A DNA stretch of 64,000 nt from an uncultured Candidatus Saccharibacteria bacterium (GTDB lineage: Bacteria > Patescibacteriota > Minisyncoccia > Phycocordibacterales > UBA918). Location of the stretch: contig CAZVFY010000003.1 of assembly GCA_964626635.1 (NCBI GenBank), positions 7,449 through 71,448 of the forward strand, written 5' to 3'. The notes beneath the pieces are model-generated. The model had not been told where the DNA came from and did no database searches. It worked only from the letters and a program-made list of their open reading frames with translations. How positions within the stretch are numbered: position 1 is the stretch's first letter; each line of letters begins with the position of its first letter. Position numbers and translations under genes: made by a program. Positions 1 through 9,244 of this stretch are shown piece by piece.

Positions 1-2
1 TG

Positions 3-146
3 GTTAATGCCCCAGCAGTTCCAGTCGCTATGGCCCATGTATGTCCAAAGTGCGGAAGTGAACTTACCAAGCGTAAGGGTAAATATGGTCTGTTTCTCGG
101 TTGTACTACGTACCCAGATTGTGACTATACAGAGAAACTTACCTAA
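3..146 (+). CDS. 3' end of a gene truncated by the window start. It encodes a topoisomerase-type C4 zinc ribbon (CPKCGSELTKRKGKYGLFLGCTTYPDCDYTEKLT).
   Basis: Frame-3 translation gives Cys-x2-Cys ... Cys-x4/5-Cys spacing, as in the C-terminal Zn ribbons of Topo I/III and of primase-like proteins. Stop at 144-146. No start codon in the window. Confidence 0.45.
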   Translation, partial: VNAPAVPVAMAHVCPKCGSELTKRKGKYGLFLGCTTYPDCDYTEKLT

Positions 147-1618
147 GTTCGTAGCTTACTCAACTCATCAGTAAACATCTCTAATCCCTCATTCTGTTTC
201 GGAATGAGGTTTTGTATTGTAATACTTGGGTCAGGTAAGAAGGTTTGTATTGGATATTTAATGTTTCCCTTACTATAGATAATCTCCTGCACGTGCTCAT
301 CGGTGTTCCGTAGGTAGAAATTTAGAGTGTTGATGGAGTCTGAAATTTCAGCAAGGTGTTGTAACACTTTCTCACTTAAATCCTCTCCAATAATTTCTGA
401 CATTCTCTCAGCAATAGCCTTGAAAGCTAGTAGATGACTATAGCTCTCAAATACTGACGATTCATGGACTAGAAAAGCTGGATAACTGTACATCATTAAG
501 TCAGTAATTTGATTTTGATAATCATCCACAAATGGTAGTTGTATATTTGATTGCACAAGACTTTCTCCAGTTATAAACGTCTTGTTGAGACACGCTTCAA
601 AAAACTTAGTCGGACATTCTTTAAGTACTAGGACACCACTAGAAATATATTGCTGTAGCAGATTTACTGTTTTATCTTTAGCCTTTAACCAAAGTCGCAT
701 TATTTTATCGTGTCTGATTTCGGTTTCGCCTTCGAAAGTCAGATGCCCCTCGCTGTTACACAGCGGTGTATATTCATTAAAAAATAGACCTTCACGTATG
801 GTGTCCCGAACAATACCCTCAAGCTTGTATTTCAGATCAGGTAGCTTAGCCAGTTCAGCATGAAGCTCGTCTTCAGTTTTGAATAAAATACTGTTTCGAC
901 TAGCTAATCGTTTCCCGAAGCTAAGTAAAGGATAGCCAGCAAAGTGAGTTTTAAAGACAACCTCTTTAACGCTTATTTTTACTACACTAAAATTAGCCTC
1001 TTGCCCCCAAGGGATTGAGTCGATAACTATCTTGGTAAGAAGGTCTACTTCTTTTTCAGAGAGTGACTGCTTACTAGTAAGGATACGGGCTAGTTGCTCC
1101 TCAGCTAAAAAGTATGAGTGATCTGATGTTACAGAAGGATCGAGTAGTAATATATCCTGCTGAAGTTTTTTAGGTAATGAATAGAATGTATACAGATGCA
1201 CCAGTCTGTCATATTCAAAGCCAGAGTGCTGTAAAAAGAAGTTGCGAAACTCTTTGGTATGATCATCGGGAATTACTCGACTAAGAAAGTGCTCATGTTG
1301 CTTTGGACTATCACTTTTATAGTAAAACATTTGAGCAATCTGCTCCAAGCGAGCAATAGATAACTGCGACACCAAGTATGAGGTCTGCATATCTATTTCG
1401 AGGCGGCCGAACATGTTCCAAACATCTAGATATTTATTGTACTGCTCAGCTTCTCTATAATCACGAGGTTTCCAACTCGTTGTCAGGGCTACAATATCAG
1501 CTTCAGTAACAAGACCCTTCCCAGTCTTTCGCTCATGAGCTTCATTTCGTATCACTAACAAAACTCGCTCCCGAGGGGATAGATTTCCTTTAGCAAGTAA
1601 TTTAGTAATGTCTTTCAT
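143..1618 (-). CDS. Hypothetical 491-aa protein at the distal end of the methyltransferase operon
   Basis: Long intact ORF in an AT-rich segment, tightly packed with downstream small ORFs on the same strand. No motif recognised with confidence; a weak PD-(D/E)xK-like FEGETEIRHDK stretch only. Confidence 0.5.
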   Translation of the reverse strand: MKDITKLLAKGNLSPRERVLLVIRNEAHERKTGKGLVTEADIVALTTSWKPRDYREAEQYNKYLDVWNMFGRLEIDMQTSYLVSQLSIARLEQIAQMFYYKSDSPKQHEHFLSRVIPDDHTKEFRNFFLQHSGFEYDRLVHLYTFYSLPKKLQQDILLLDPSVTSDHSYFLAEEQLARILTSKQSLSEKEVDLLTKIVIDSIPWGQEANFSVVKISVKEVVFKTHFAGYPLLSFGKRLASRNSILFKTEDELHAELAKLPDLKYKLEGIVRDTIREGLFFNEYTPLCNSEGHLTFEGETEIRHDKIMRLWLKAKDKTVNLLQQYISSGVLVLKECPTKFFEACLNKTFITGESLVQSNIQLPFVDDYQNQITDLMMYSYPAFLVHESSVFESYSHLLAFKAIAERMSEIIGEDLSEKVLQHLAEISDSINTLNFYLRNTDEHVQEIIYSKGNIKYPIQTFLPDPSITIQNLIPKQNEGLEMFTDELSKLRT

Positions 1619-1620
1619 AG

Positions 1621-1827
1621 TTACTTTCTTTGAGTAAGCATTTGTTCCAGTACATCGATACGCTGTTTGAGTTCCATGTTAGTAATGTTTTTAGACAAGG
1701 CTAACGCTATTCGAGATATGACCTGAGCCCGCTTAGGTGAAATCTTTCGAGCGGCTACTTGAAGCAGAGCATCGGAGAGGATTTCATTAACTTCAGCTAA
1801 GTCTAGTGTTTTCTTTATTTCTTTCAT
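1621..1827 (-). CDS. Hypothetical 68-aa protein
   Basis: ORF separated by 3 nt from neighbours on the same strand, inside the operon. Confidence 0.3.
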   Translation of the reverse strand: MKEIKKTLDLAEVNEILSDALLQVAARKISPKRAQVISRIALALSKNITNMELKQRIDVLEQMLTQRK

Positions 1828-1830
1828 AAG

Positions 1831-2217
1831 CTAAAAGTTTTCGATTATTTCAAACCAAGTTTTTACCTCTTTTGATTTACCGTACTTGGTCGCATTTTTA
1901 TACAAGGCCAACACTACGTTTGGTGTCAATTTTCTGGCCCATGTATAGGTATGTTCAAGTAAGCCCTCGTCTTCGATCCGTTTATTCCAGTCAGTGAGTG
2001 TGCCAAGGTCTTTGACGTTGTAGTGTGAAGCAAAGTCTTTTTGGGTCTTTATCTGCAATAACTCAATGGTGATGTCGTCATCAATACCCATCTTTCTAAG
2101 TACAGCGTCAGGTTGACCTCGCAGGAATGTCGGCAGTGATTTCCACGTCACATACGCCGCAAAGTCCTGTTTGCGATATACACCAGTATTTCTTTTTTCA
2201 TTAGACTGTACGCTCAT
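1831..2217 (-). CDS. Hypothetical 128-aa protein, possibly a phage small-terminase-like DNA-binding protein
   Basis: Sits immediately downstream of the two DNA methyltransferases, a position typical of phage packaging modules. No diagnostic motif. Confidence 0.35.
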   Translation of the reverse strand: MSVQSNEKRNTGVYRKQDFAAYVTWKSLPTFLRGQPDAVLRKMGIDDDITIELLQIKTQKDFASHYNVKDLGTLTDWNKRIEDEGLLEHTYTWARKLTPNVVLALYKNATKYGKSKEVKTWFEIIENF

Positions 2218-2974
2218 ACTTTGTGATCAATACTCGCTTCTGCTTTGTTAGTGCCTCTAGTCTTTTTAGACATATCTCTACATACTCAGAGTCTTGTTCA
2301 ATTCCGATACAGATACGACCGAGTTGAGCACAAGCAACAGCGGTACTGCCACTTCCTAGAAAACCGTCATACACCACATCACCAATACTGGTGACGTTTT
2401 GTATCAGCTTACGTAATAGTCCAATTGGCTTTTGGGTCGGGTGGAGTTTTGACTTCTGTGGTCGAGGATGGAAGATGGCGCTACTCATCTGAGCTTTCAC
2501 TCGTTTATGTTTCTTATACCAACCATAAGCAATCAGCTCCTGTTGGGGAAGGTAATCCATACGACCCATTACCGATTGGTTCTTGATCCATATCAGCATC
2601 TGGCTAAAGTGTAGCCCTGCGGTATGCATACCTGTGCGAAGAGCTAGAAACATCGTGTCGCAATTGAAGATATGGAAGGTGTTATATGAGTTCAAATGCG
2701 GTTGGATTGCTTCAATCCATGACTGAGTAAACCGAGCGTACTCATATTCGCTCTGTATGTGATCACCCTTAATCGCTTTAGCGTTTTTCTTGCCAAGTTC
2801 AGCTACTCCTACTTTGTTCTCAACGTACGCCACTCCATAAGGCGGATCGGTCACAACTGATTGAATCTTTTTGGTACCAATGACCATCGCTACAAAATCT
2901 TTGTTAAGTGAGTCTCCACAAGCAACTATATGACTACCAACTGAGTATATTTCTCCTGCTGTTACAGTTTTCAT
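2201..2974 (-). CDS. Beta-class N6-adenine/N4-cytosine DNA methyltransferase
   Basis: Motif IV VVTDPPYGV occurs before motif I FLGSGSTAVACAQLGRICIGIE (beta-class order). 257 aa. Confidence 0.8.
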   Translation of the reverse strand: MKTVTAGEIYSVGSHIVACGDSLNKDFVAMVIGTKKIQSVVTDPPYGVAYVENKVGVAELGKKNAKAIKGDHIQSEYEYARFTQSWIEAIQPHLNSYNTFHIFNCDTMFLALRTGMHTAGLHFSQMLIWIKNQSVMGRMDYLPQQELIAYGWYKKHKRVKAQMSSAIFHPRPQKSKLHPTQKPIGLLRKLIQNVTSIGDVVYDGFLGSGSTAVACAQLGRICIGIEQDSEYVEICLKRLEALTKQKRVLITKYERTV

Positions 2975-4254
2975 ATTCGCTTAGCTGTTAGCTTGGTAAA
3001 TTTTTCCCATCTATCAATGATGATGCTGGCGAATACTGGATCTTGTTCTACTCCAAACCAGATACGGCGTAATTGCTCGCAGTCAATTAGGTCGCTACCA
3101 CTACCACCAAAGCCATAGAAGACGACGTGACCTGGAGCAGTGCATCGTCTGAGTGGCTTTTCGTTTAGACTGACTGGCTTTTGAGTTGGATGAAGATAGC
3201 TCTGCACATCGTCTCGCTTCACAATCCAGAGGTCGATCATATCTAAGAGCTCGTTGTGGAGCTGGTTGCCAGTAGTGACTTCTTGATTAAGGATTTCGTT
3301 TACGTTCTTGAGATTATTGTTTAGAAAGGCTTTACCTGTCGTGCCGTAGATTGCGGGCTCATGTACTCGGTTAAACGCAACCTTCGGCGTCATGTTCTGA
3401 TTATTCTTTACCCAATAGCAGATACGCCTGAAGAGTATCTTGCGTTGTTTATACAGTGCTTGAATTGCTCCCACGTACTTAGCGTCACACCAGTACAGAT
3501 AGTGAGCATCGGCATGAGCTATTACTTTAGCCGTACTGATACTTGCTTCAATAAACGCGTAGTACTCAGCATCACTCATCGAGTCTTTCTTGCTAGAGTA
3601 CTGACCCCCGTATTCCTTAGTGTTACTAATTCCTTTGTTATATGAAAGCCCAATGTTATAGGGCATATCTTGAAAGATGAAGTGGGCTTTTGTTTCTCCC
3701 ATAAACGTTGATACCAGTTCTTTATCAGTAGAGTCTCCTACGAGTAATCGGTGCTCTCCTAATTGCCACACTTCGCCAACCTTTGCTCGGGGTTCGTTCA
3801 TCTCTTCAATTGCTTTGTCGACATCGTATTCATCTTCGGCTAATTCAACATCATCGAAGAAGTTCTGTAGTTCGTCATCCTCGAATCCAACATCAAGTAG
3901 AACAGATAGGTCGAAATTCTTTAGGAGCTCGTCATCCCAAGAGCCAGTATTTTTGTTGAGTCTAAGATTCAGCTCACGCTCTTCTTCTAGTGATAGTTCC
4001 CGAGAAGGGATCATGCATTCGACTGTCTTGTATCCTAAGTCAGCGTAGATTTTTATTCTCTGCTCGCCCCCGATGATTACATCAGCCCGTGAATCAATAT
4101 TGAGAACTACTGGCACAACCGCACCGAATGTCTCAATCGATTTCTGCAGGTCTTGTTTTTGGTTACCACTAACTTTACGTGGGTTGTATCCGTTAGGTGT
4201 AAGGTCTTGCACCTTACGAGTGGTGGATGACCACGTTATCTTTTTTGTTTTCAT
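2971..4254 (-). CDS. ParB-like nuclease domain fused to a DNA methyltransferase
   Basis: N-terminal ParB/Srx-like block (VVPVVLNIDSRADVIIGGEQRI). Motif IV-like FQDMPYNIG and C-terminal motif I FYGFGGSGSDLIDCEQLRRIWFGVEQD. ATGA overlap with the downstream methyltransferase. Confidence 0.8.
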   Translation of the reverse strand: MKTKKITWSSTTRKVQDLTPNGYNPRKVSGNQKQDLQKSIETFGAVVPVVLNIDSRADVIIGGEQRIKIYADLGYKTVECMIPSRELSLEEERELNLRLNKNTGSWDDELLKNFDLSVLLDVGFEDDELQNFFDDVELAEDEYDVDKAIEEMNEPRAKVGEVWQLGEHRLLVGDSTDKELVSTFMGETKAHFIFQDMPYNIGLSYNKGISNTKEYGGQYSSKKDSMSDAEYYAFIEASISTAKVIAHADAHYLYWCDAKYVGAIQALYKQRKILFRRICYWVKNNQNMTPKVAFNRVHEPAIYGTTGKAFLNNNLKNVNEILNQEVTTGNQLHNELLDMIDLWIVKRDDVQSYLHPTQKPVSLNEKPLRRCTAPGHVVFYGFGGSGSDLIDCEQLRRIWFGVEQDPVFASIIIDRWEKFTKLTAKRI

Positions 4255-4407
4255 AAGACTTATATTTAGGCACGTTGTTATACGTGTTAAGTCTCATGGT
4301 GGCACCTAAAAATAAACCTCCAAAATGGAGGAAATTGGAGGAAACTTTAGAAAAAGTAGAAGGTGTCTTGTGGTATTTAAGCTTATCCACAGCCATTTTC
4401 CTCCACA

Positions 4408-5553
4408 CTACTCCAATGAGTATAAATTGTTGAATCTGATACTCGTACGAGAAATATTGAAGATTGGCTGATTGTCATTTGGGTGCGAATTTATGATTTC
4501 ATGTTTCTTTAGTAGTTGCTCAAAACTTGTGTTGTTTCCAATAAGTTGAGTGCGATATTTTTCAGGATCATTTTCTACTCCGTCTGGTAGGAGTTTGATG
4601 AATTCATTTATATTTAATTCAATAACACCCTTTGGCATATACCGAATAACATTCTTAAACAGTTGTATGTACTGGTAGTCATCACCCTTGTTTGTTGTTT
4701 TGTATAAAAGTTTACTGTTTTGAAAATATATATGGTCCTGTTTAATTTCGAACAGCTTTGCTTGCTGTATTTCAGAGAGAGCAAAGACAATGCTGTTATG
4801 TAGACGACTTAAGTCTTGTGATATCCCTGCTTGGGGGTAGGCGTTTGTTGCACTAAGGGTGGCCTGTTTAATTTTATTTATATATGTGACACGAGCTATT
4901 GGTTTCTGCATCATTTCTACAAATTCACTCAATGTGATTTTAGTGCCATCATTAAAATTCAACATTTGATGATAAAGCTTCACTCCTCGCATTAATGCAC
5001 CAGATACAGACAAAGCATCCTGATCATGAAATGTTCTGTGAAGTCCTAAAAAGTCAGCTCGCTTTTCAAACGCAATTAGATTATCACTCCTCATATCTTT
5101 AGCAGGATTAAAAGTCTCGTTGAGAAATGACCTTGCTTCATCTTCATATCCTAATCTCTGCAATTCCTTCACTGCATCAAGTAATTCAAGTTCATTTGAG
5201 CCAAGCGGATGTTCATTTGAACCATGGTGGTTATGGGTCGCAAACGTCCGAAGACAATTTATCCGATCAGCAAGTAGAGCATTACTTTTTAAATCATTCT
5301 TTTCAACTATAGCTTCAAGCATTTCAACTGCCTTACCCGCATTCTGAACAATCTCATCGTATTTATTTTGAAGTACTTTGAGATCATTTTCTCTGGCTAC
5401 TACTGCTGGTACTAAATGTTCAATCAAAGTAAATCCATCAGTAACTAAAAAACTAAAATAGTCAGCAAAGGCAGTAAGGAAAGTGTTTGTGGAGTGACTG
5501 TTTTGCTGTGTGGATTCATACAGCTTTTGCTCCTTATCTACCATGCTTTTCAT
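4408..5553 (-). CDS. Hypothetical 381-aa protein with a possible HEPN-like Rx4-6H motif (RTFATH)
   Basis: Intact ORF upstream of the methyltransferase pair and co-oriented with it. No confident domain. Confidence 0.45.
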   Translation of the reverse strand: MKSMVDKEQKLYESTQQNSHSTNTFLTAFADYFSFLVTDGFTLIEHLVPAVVARENDLKVLQNKYDEIVQNAGKAVEMLEAIVEKNDLKSNALLADRINCLRTFATHNHHGSNEHPLGSNELELLDAVKELQRLGYEDEARSFLNETFNPAKDMRSDNLIAFEKRADFLGLHRTFHDQDALSVSGALMRGVKLYHQMLNFNDGTKITLSEFVEMMQKPIARVTYINKIKQATLSATNAYPQAGISQDLSRLHNSIVFALSEIQQAKLFEIKQDHIYFQNSKLLYKTTNKGDDYQYIQLFKNVIRYMPKGVIELNINEFIKLLPDGVENDPEKYRTQLIGNNTSFEQLLKKHEIINSHPNDNQPIFNISRTSIRFNNLYSLE

Positions 5554-5716
5554 AGCTAAATAGTATCACTTTGAGCATATTTATACAGAAAACCAAATCG
5601 CCCAAGAATTGGCATTGTTTGGCATTTGGGTCTTGAGTATGGGAACGGGGTTGATTTTTCCATATTTTATGACATTGTACTAATGGAAATAGAAACTTTG
5701 ACTCGAGGTGAACAAG

Positions 5717-5899
5717 ATGAACGTCTTTAAACTCTTCTTCAATTGGCTTGGCGAAAAGTTTGGCGCCTGGCTTCAAAAAGTCGGCGAGGAAAATCGCCCT
5801 ATAGAGAGCGACTACGATGCTCCGTTCGACGATGAACCGATGTTCAGCCGTTCAGATCTTATGCCTGACGAGCGAGGCGATTTTGACAATCGGTTCTGA
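5717..5899 (+). CDS. Small hypothetical protein (60 aa, acidic C-terminus)
   Basis: GAGGTGA RBS 5 nt upstream of ATG at 5717. Followed by a TTGACA-containing promoter-like region. Confidence 0.3.
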   Translation: MNVFKLFFNWLGEKFGAWLQKVGEENRPIESDYDAPFDDEPMFSRSDLMPDERGDFDNRF

Positions 5900-6011
5900 A
5901 ATGTGTTGACAAAGTACATTTTTTTGTGTTGAATACAAGAACTCGCAGGCTTACGAGAAGCTGTGAGCGTTCCTAGGAAACTGAAACCCTTCAACCTCAT
6001 GAGGTGAAACA

Positions 6012-6500
6012 ATGCAAGCGAAAAGCAACCTTGCGGCCCTTTCGGTCCGCGCGAAACTCGCCAATGATCCGGCGCTCTTGGATCGGATGATGGCCTACGA
6101 CCACCCGGCGCTCCGTGAGCGCATGCAGGTCAAGTACGGTTGGAGTCCGGAGAAGACCGACGAGCTGTTCGGCGAGATGAAGAAGTTCATGTATCTCTGC
6201 GCGACCAACGACGGTGCCATGGCACCGCCCGAGGACATCGACGAGATCTGGCACAACTTCATCCTGTTCACCGGCGACTATGCCGACTACTGTCAGGACA
6301 CTGTCGGCATGTTCCTTCATCACCAGCCGCTCACGGTCGCCCAGCGCGCCCAAAGCGACGGCTCGATGATCACGAACACGCTGGACGCTGCCCGTCGTGC
6401 CTTCGGCGACGATGTGCCCGAGAAGTACTGGTCCTTCCAGAAGATCCCGGGCAGCTGTGGGCCGGGCACCTGTGGTGCTTCGACCAACTGCCAAGGCTGA
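6012..6500 (+). CDS. Hypothetical 162-aa protein in a ~62% GC island. It has a Cys/Gly-rich C-terminal tail (PGSCGPGTCGASTNCQG).
   Basis: AGGTGA RBS upstream. Composition differs sharply from the flanks. Conserved-looking EIWHNFILFTGDYADYC block. The overlapping antisense ORFs are GC-rich artefacts. Confidence 0.5.
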   Translation: MQAKSNLAALSVRAKLANDPALLDRMMAYDHPALRERMQVKYGWSPEKTDELFGEMKKFMYLCATNDGAMAPPEDIDEIWHNFILFTGDYADYCQDTVGMFLHHQPLTVAQRAQSDGSMITNTLDAARRAFGDDVPEKYWSFQKIPGSCGPGTCGASTNCQG

Positions 6501-6581
6501 CGATCGGCCGACGGCAATCATGAATCGCGCGTCATCCTTTCGAGGGTGGCGCGCATTTTTTTCACAACCAGAGGAATCATT

Positions 6582-7085
6582 ATGGATAACTGGAGAATTG
6601 TTCCTGCTACCCCAGAAGATGCACCGAGGTTGTCGCGTCTTATGGATAGATTGGAGTCAGAAAGTGACTTCATGATGTATGAAGTTCAAGAAGTTCCAAC
6701 TAGGGAGCTGCTTCGCCGACGCCTTGAAGCAGGAGTTAAAACTACGAAAGAGACCTTTCTGCTTGCAATTGCAAACGAAGATATCTATGGATACGCACTA
6801 GTATTCCGTGGAAATTTTGCTCGCAATTGTGGTGTAGGGACTCTCGCACTGGGTGTTGCAAGGGCTGCACAAGGGTATGGCATCGGATCAGCGCTCATCG
6901 CAGAATCGATTGCTTGGGCTAAACATCAGGGTCTGTACCGACTCCAACTACAAGTTCAAACTAGCAATACGGGGGCGTTTCGTCTTTACCAGAAGTTTGG
7001 TTTCCAAAACGAAGGCACTCTATACCGTTGCGCACTTGTGAATGGTAAGTACGTCGACAAGTACCAGATGGCCCTTCTGTTGTAA
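6582..7085 (+). CDS. GNAT family N-acetyltransferase
   Basis: GAGGA RBS 6 nt before ATG 6582. GNAT motif A region QGYGIGSALIAESIAWAKHQGLYRLQLQV and FRLYQKFGF. Confidence 0.75.
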   Translation: MDNWRIVPATPEDAPRLSRLMDRLESESDFMMYEVQEVPTRELLRRRLEAGVKTTKETFLLAIANEDIYGYALVFRGNFARNCGVGTLALGVARAAQGYGIGSALIAESIAWAKHQGLYRLQLQVQTSNTGAFRLYQKFGFQNEGTLYRCALVNGKYVDKYQMALLL

Positions 7086-7158
7086 CTGGAACCCTGTTTT
7101 ACGAATGTATTTCAGGGTTTCTTTTTTTCTTAAGCTTCTATACAATAACTTTACTATT

Positions 7159-7755
7159 ATGAATGAAAAACAAACCAAATGGGACGAGGGATTTAAAGCT
7201 GGTCGAGACTACAATCCAATGAATGAAATTTTATTGGATCTTATTTTAAATAAAGTCGAGAACGACAAAAAGAATGCTATTGATCTTGGTTGCGGTACCG
7301 GTGATGCTGTGATGAAACTCGCTAAACGTGGAATGACCGTTACGGGTACGGATTGGTCGCCTGAAGCATTACATAAAGCACAGGAGCGCGCCGAAGTAGA
7401 GGGTGTAGCAGAAAATATAAACTTTCAAGAGGTGGATCTTGATTTATTAGCAGAAGCTAATTTAGACAAAGGTCGGGCGGATATAATCCTGTGCAAATTA
7501 GTTATAGCATTTGTATCTGACAAAAAAGCTTTTTGTGAAGAAGTGAAAACATTGATGAATAAGAATGGTGTTTTTGTAATACAAACACCTGTATTACATG
7601 AATCAGTAAAATACACATCCGAAGACAAACCTGGCATTGCCGTTCAATACGTTGAATTTAAAAACATGCTAGAGGATGTATTTACAGACGTAATAGAATT
7701 TAATCACTCCTACTATAGTGATCGTGGTGATCTGGTCACATTTTTGGTGAAGTAA
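7159..7755 (+). CDS. Class I SAM-dependent methyltransferase
   Basis: Motif I DLGCGTGDAVMKLA and motif post-I TGTDWS. Start assigned to the internal ATG 7159 (MNEKQ). Confidence 0.75.
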   Translation: MNEKQTKWDEGFKAGRDYNPMNEILLDLILNKVENDKKNAIDLGCGTGDAVMKLAKRGMTVTGTDWSPEALHKAQERAEVEGVAENINFQEVDLDLLAEANLDKGRADIILCKLVIAFVSDKKAFCEEVKTLMNKNGVFVIQTPVLHESVKYTSEDKPGIAVQYVEFKNMLEDVFTDVIEFNHSYYSDRGDLVTFLVK

Positions 7756-7875
7756 GTCTTCTGACCTACATTTAGTTATATTTTGACCCCGACCCACTTA
7801 CCTAAATTGATCTAGCCCAAAGACCCTAAAATGCCCTTACAAGGCCTTGCCTGTGGGGTACTTAACCCACATAGC

Positions 7876-7939
7876 CCGCAACAAAACCAGCAAGCAATGA
7901 CTTGCTGATTTTTGGTTAGGGAGTGGGCTGGTCGAACTT
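7876..7939 (+). repeat. Family-A intergenic repeat, copy 1. Imperfect hairpin ..CAACAAAACCAGCAAG/CTTGCTGATTTTTGGTTAG.. followed by GGGAGTGGGCTGGTCGAACTT.
   Basis: The right arm and 3' tail are near-identical to copies at 9242..9304 and 11373..11435. Confidence 0.7.
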
Positions 7940-8020
7940 ACTATGATTTTTTATAAAAAAGTGTATGTTGTTTAATGGCTGCACATTACATTTCAACGTC
8001 CACATACAGGAGGAACTACC

Positions 8021-9136
8021 ATGGACGCAGTTCAAGCAACGAACGGAGCGACCACGGTCACTCCTACGAATACGCCGACGTGGTGGCATCAAGACGAAGC
8101 ATCAGGGCGCATTGACCCTGCTCTACTTGCTCCCGATCCCGAACAACCCCGAAAGCACATGGATGAGGCTGCACTTGAGGAACTTACCGAAAGTGTTGCC
8201 TCTGTTGGAGTGCGTGAACCGATCACCGTTACCCCGTGCGACAAAGCTCCCTGGTCAACTACTGATAACCAACATCAAGGATTGCCGTTCTTGGTGGTTA
8301 GCGGGCATCGGCGCACACGTGCAGCGATCAACGCACAGCTCGACTCCGTTCCCATACGTGTGAGGATCTATACCAGTGCTCAAGAGCACGAACTTGATCG
8401 TTCGCTCCTGAACAAAAATCGAGCTGATCTGACTGAACTCGAAGAGGGGTATGAAATCGTCCGACTCAAGGAGAAGGGTTTGACCCTCGGTGAGTTGGGT
8501 AAGGCGTTTGGATGTTCGGTTACACACCTGTATAACCGTATGCACCTGACCGCGCTTCACCCAAGTCTACAGGAGATGCTCGATCCTGCTCTACCACCCA
8601 AACGGCGTTTACCGACAACAGTTGGTGCAGCGCTGGGTAGCGTAAAGGTTCCGACAGTAGAAGAGCTGGAGGGATTGCACGCCTCATTTGGTGATATGAC
8701 CACTCAATCAGTTGAAGAAGTTGAGTATCTAGATGACACAGAACGTCGTCTCCACGTTCAACTTCTTTTCCACGATGTGATTAATGCCCGAAGTTTAAGT
8801 TCCGTCCGAGCAGTTGCTCTTGTGAAAGAGCACGCACTCAAGTTGAGTGCTTCGGGTACAGGTAGACACCCACGAGTCAAACGTCAAGAGCCAGCGCGGC
8901 GTCGAGAACTGTTTGATACATGGTTGTCTAGTCTTTCAGACTCGCCCATCATTGATTGGCGACCTGAAGAATGGCGTCGTGTCTTCGAGTACGTTTCTTA
9001 TGAGGACTTGGAAGAGATTATCGGCAATGTTCAAGACGCAACTGGTTTGCTTATTCAAATCAAAAAGCGTCTTGAGTCGATCAAATCAACCAAGCGACCG
9101 ACTTCTGAAGCGGTGAAGCGGGCGCTTGATAGTTAG
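8021..9136 (+). CDS. ParB/Srx N-terminal domain protein with a probable HTH
   Basis: AGGAGG RBS. ParB box-like VVSGHRRTRAA. GC content is higher than in neighbouring genes. Confidence 0.6.
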   Translation: MDAVQATNGATTVTPTNTPTWWHQDEASGRIDPALLAPDPEQPRKHMDEAALEELTESVASVGVREPITVTPCDKAPWSTTDNQHQGLPFLVVSGHRRTRAAINAQLDSVPIRVRIYTSAQEHELDRSLLNKNRADLTELEEGYEIVRLKEKGLTLGELGKAFGCSVTHLYNRMHLTALHPSLQEMLDPALPPKRRLPTTVGAALGSVKVPTVEELEGLHASFGDMTTQSVEEVEYLDDTERRLHVQLLFHDVINARSLSSVRAVALVKEHALKLSASGTGRHPRVKRQEPARRRELFDTWLSSLSDSPIIDWRPEEWRRVFEYVSYEDLEEIIGNVQDATGLLIQIKKRLESIKSTKRPTSEAVKRALDS

Positions 9137-9138
9137 TC

Positions 9139-9190
9139 GCCCCACCACAGAGAGCACCCCGCTTTCAGTGGTGGGGTGTTTTCTTTTATT
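9139..9190 (+). terminator. Intrinsic terminator (GCCCCACCAC ... GTGGTGGGGTG + T-tract)
   Basis: GC-rich inverted repeat followed by TTTTCTTTTATTT. Confidence 0.6.
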
Positions 9191-9244
9191 TAAATAACCA
9201 CTTCCTCCATCAAAGCGGTTCTAACGTCATCTAGGTACCTCCGC
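9186..9244 (+). repeat. Family-B conserved element, copy 1 (TTATTTAAATAACCACTTCCTCCATCAAAGCGGTTCTAACGTCATCTAGGTACCTCCGC)
   Basis: About 80% identical copies at 10161..10219 and 12114..12173, each immediately after a GC-rich terminator. Confidence 0.7.

Noticed and set aside
3361-4309. Plus-strand ORFs (94, 123, 78 aa) inside the ParB-methyltransferase gene
   Set aside because: They are antisense to a well-supported methyltransferase CDS. Their Ser-rich, low-complexity translations are typical of shadow ORFs.
5997-6675. Several overlapping ORFs on both strands (5997..6521 -, 6140..6523 +, 6320..6517 -, 6397..6675 +)
   Set aside because: They fall in the ~62% GC segment, where stop codons are rare in every frame. 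Only the + frame starting at 6012 has an RBS and a protein-like composition. The others are Arg/Ala/Pro-rich mirror artefacts.
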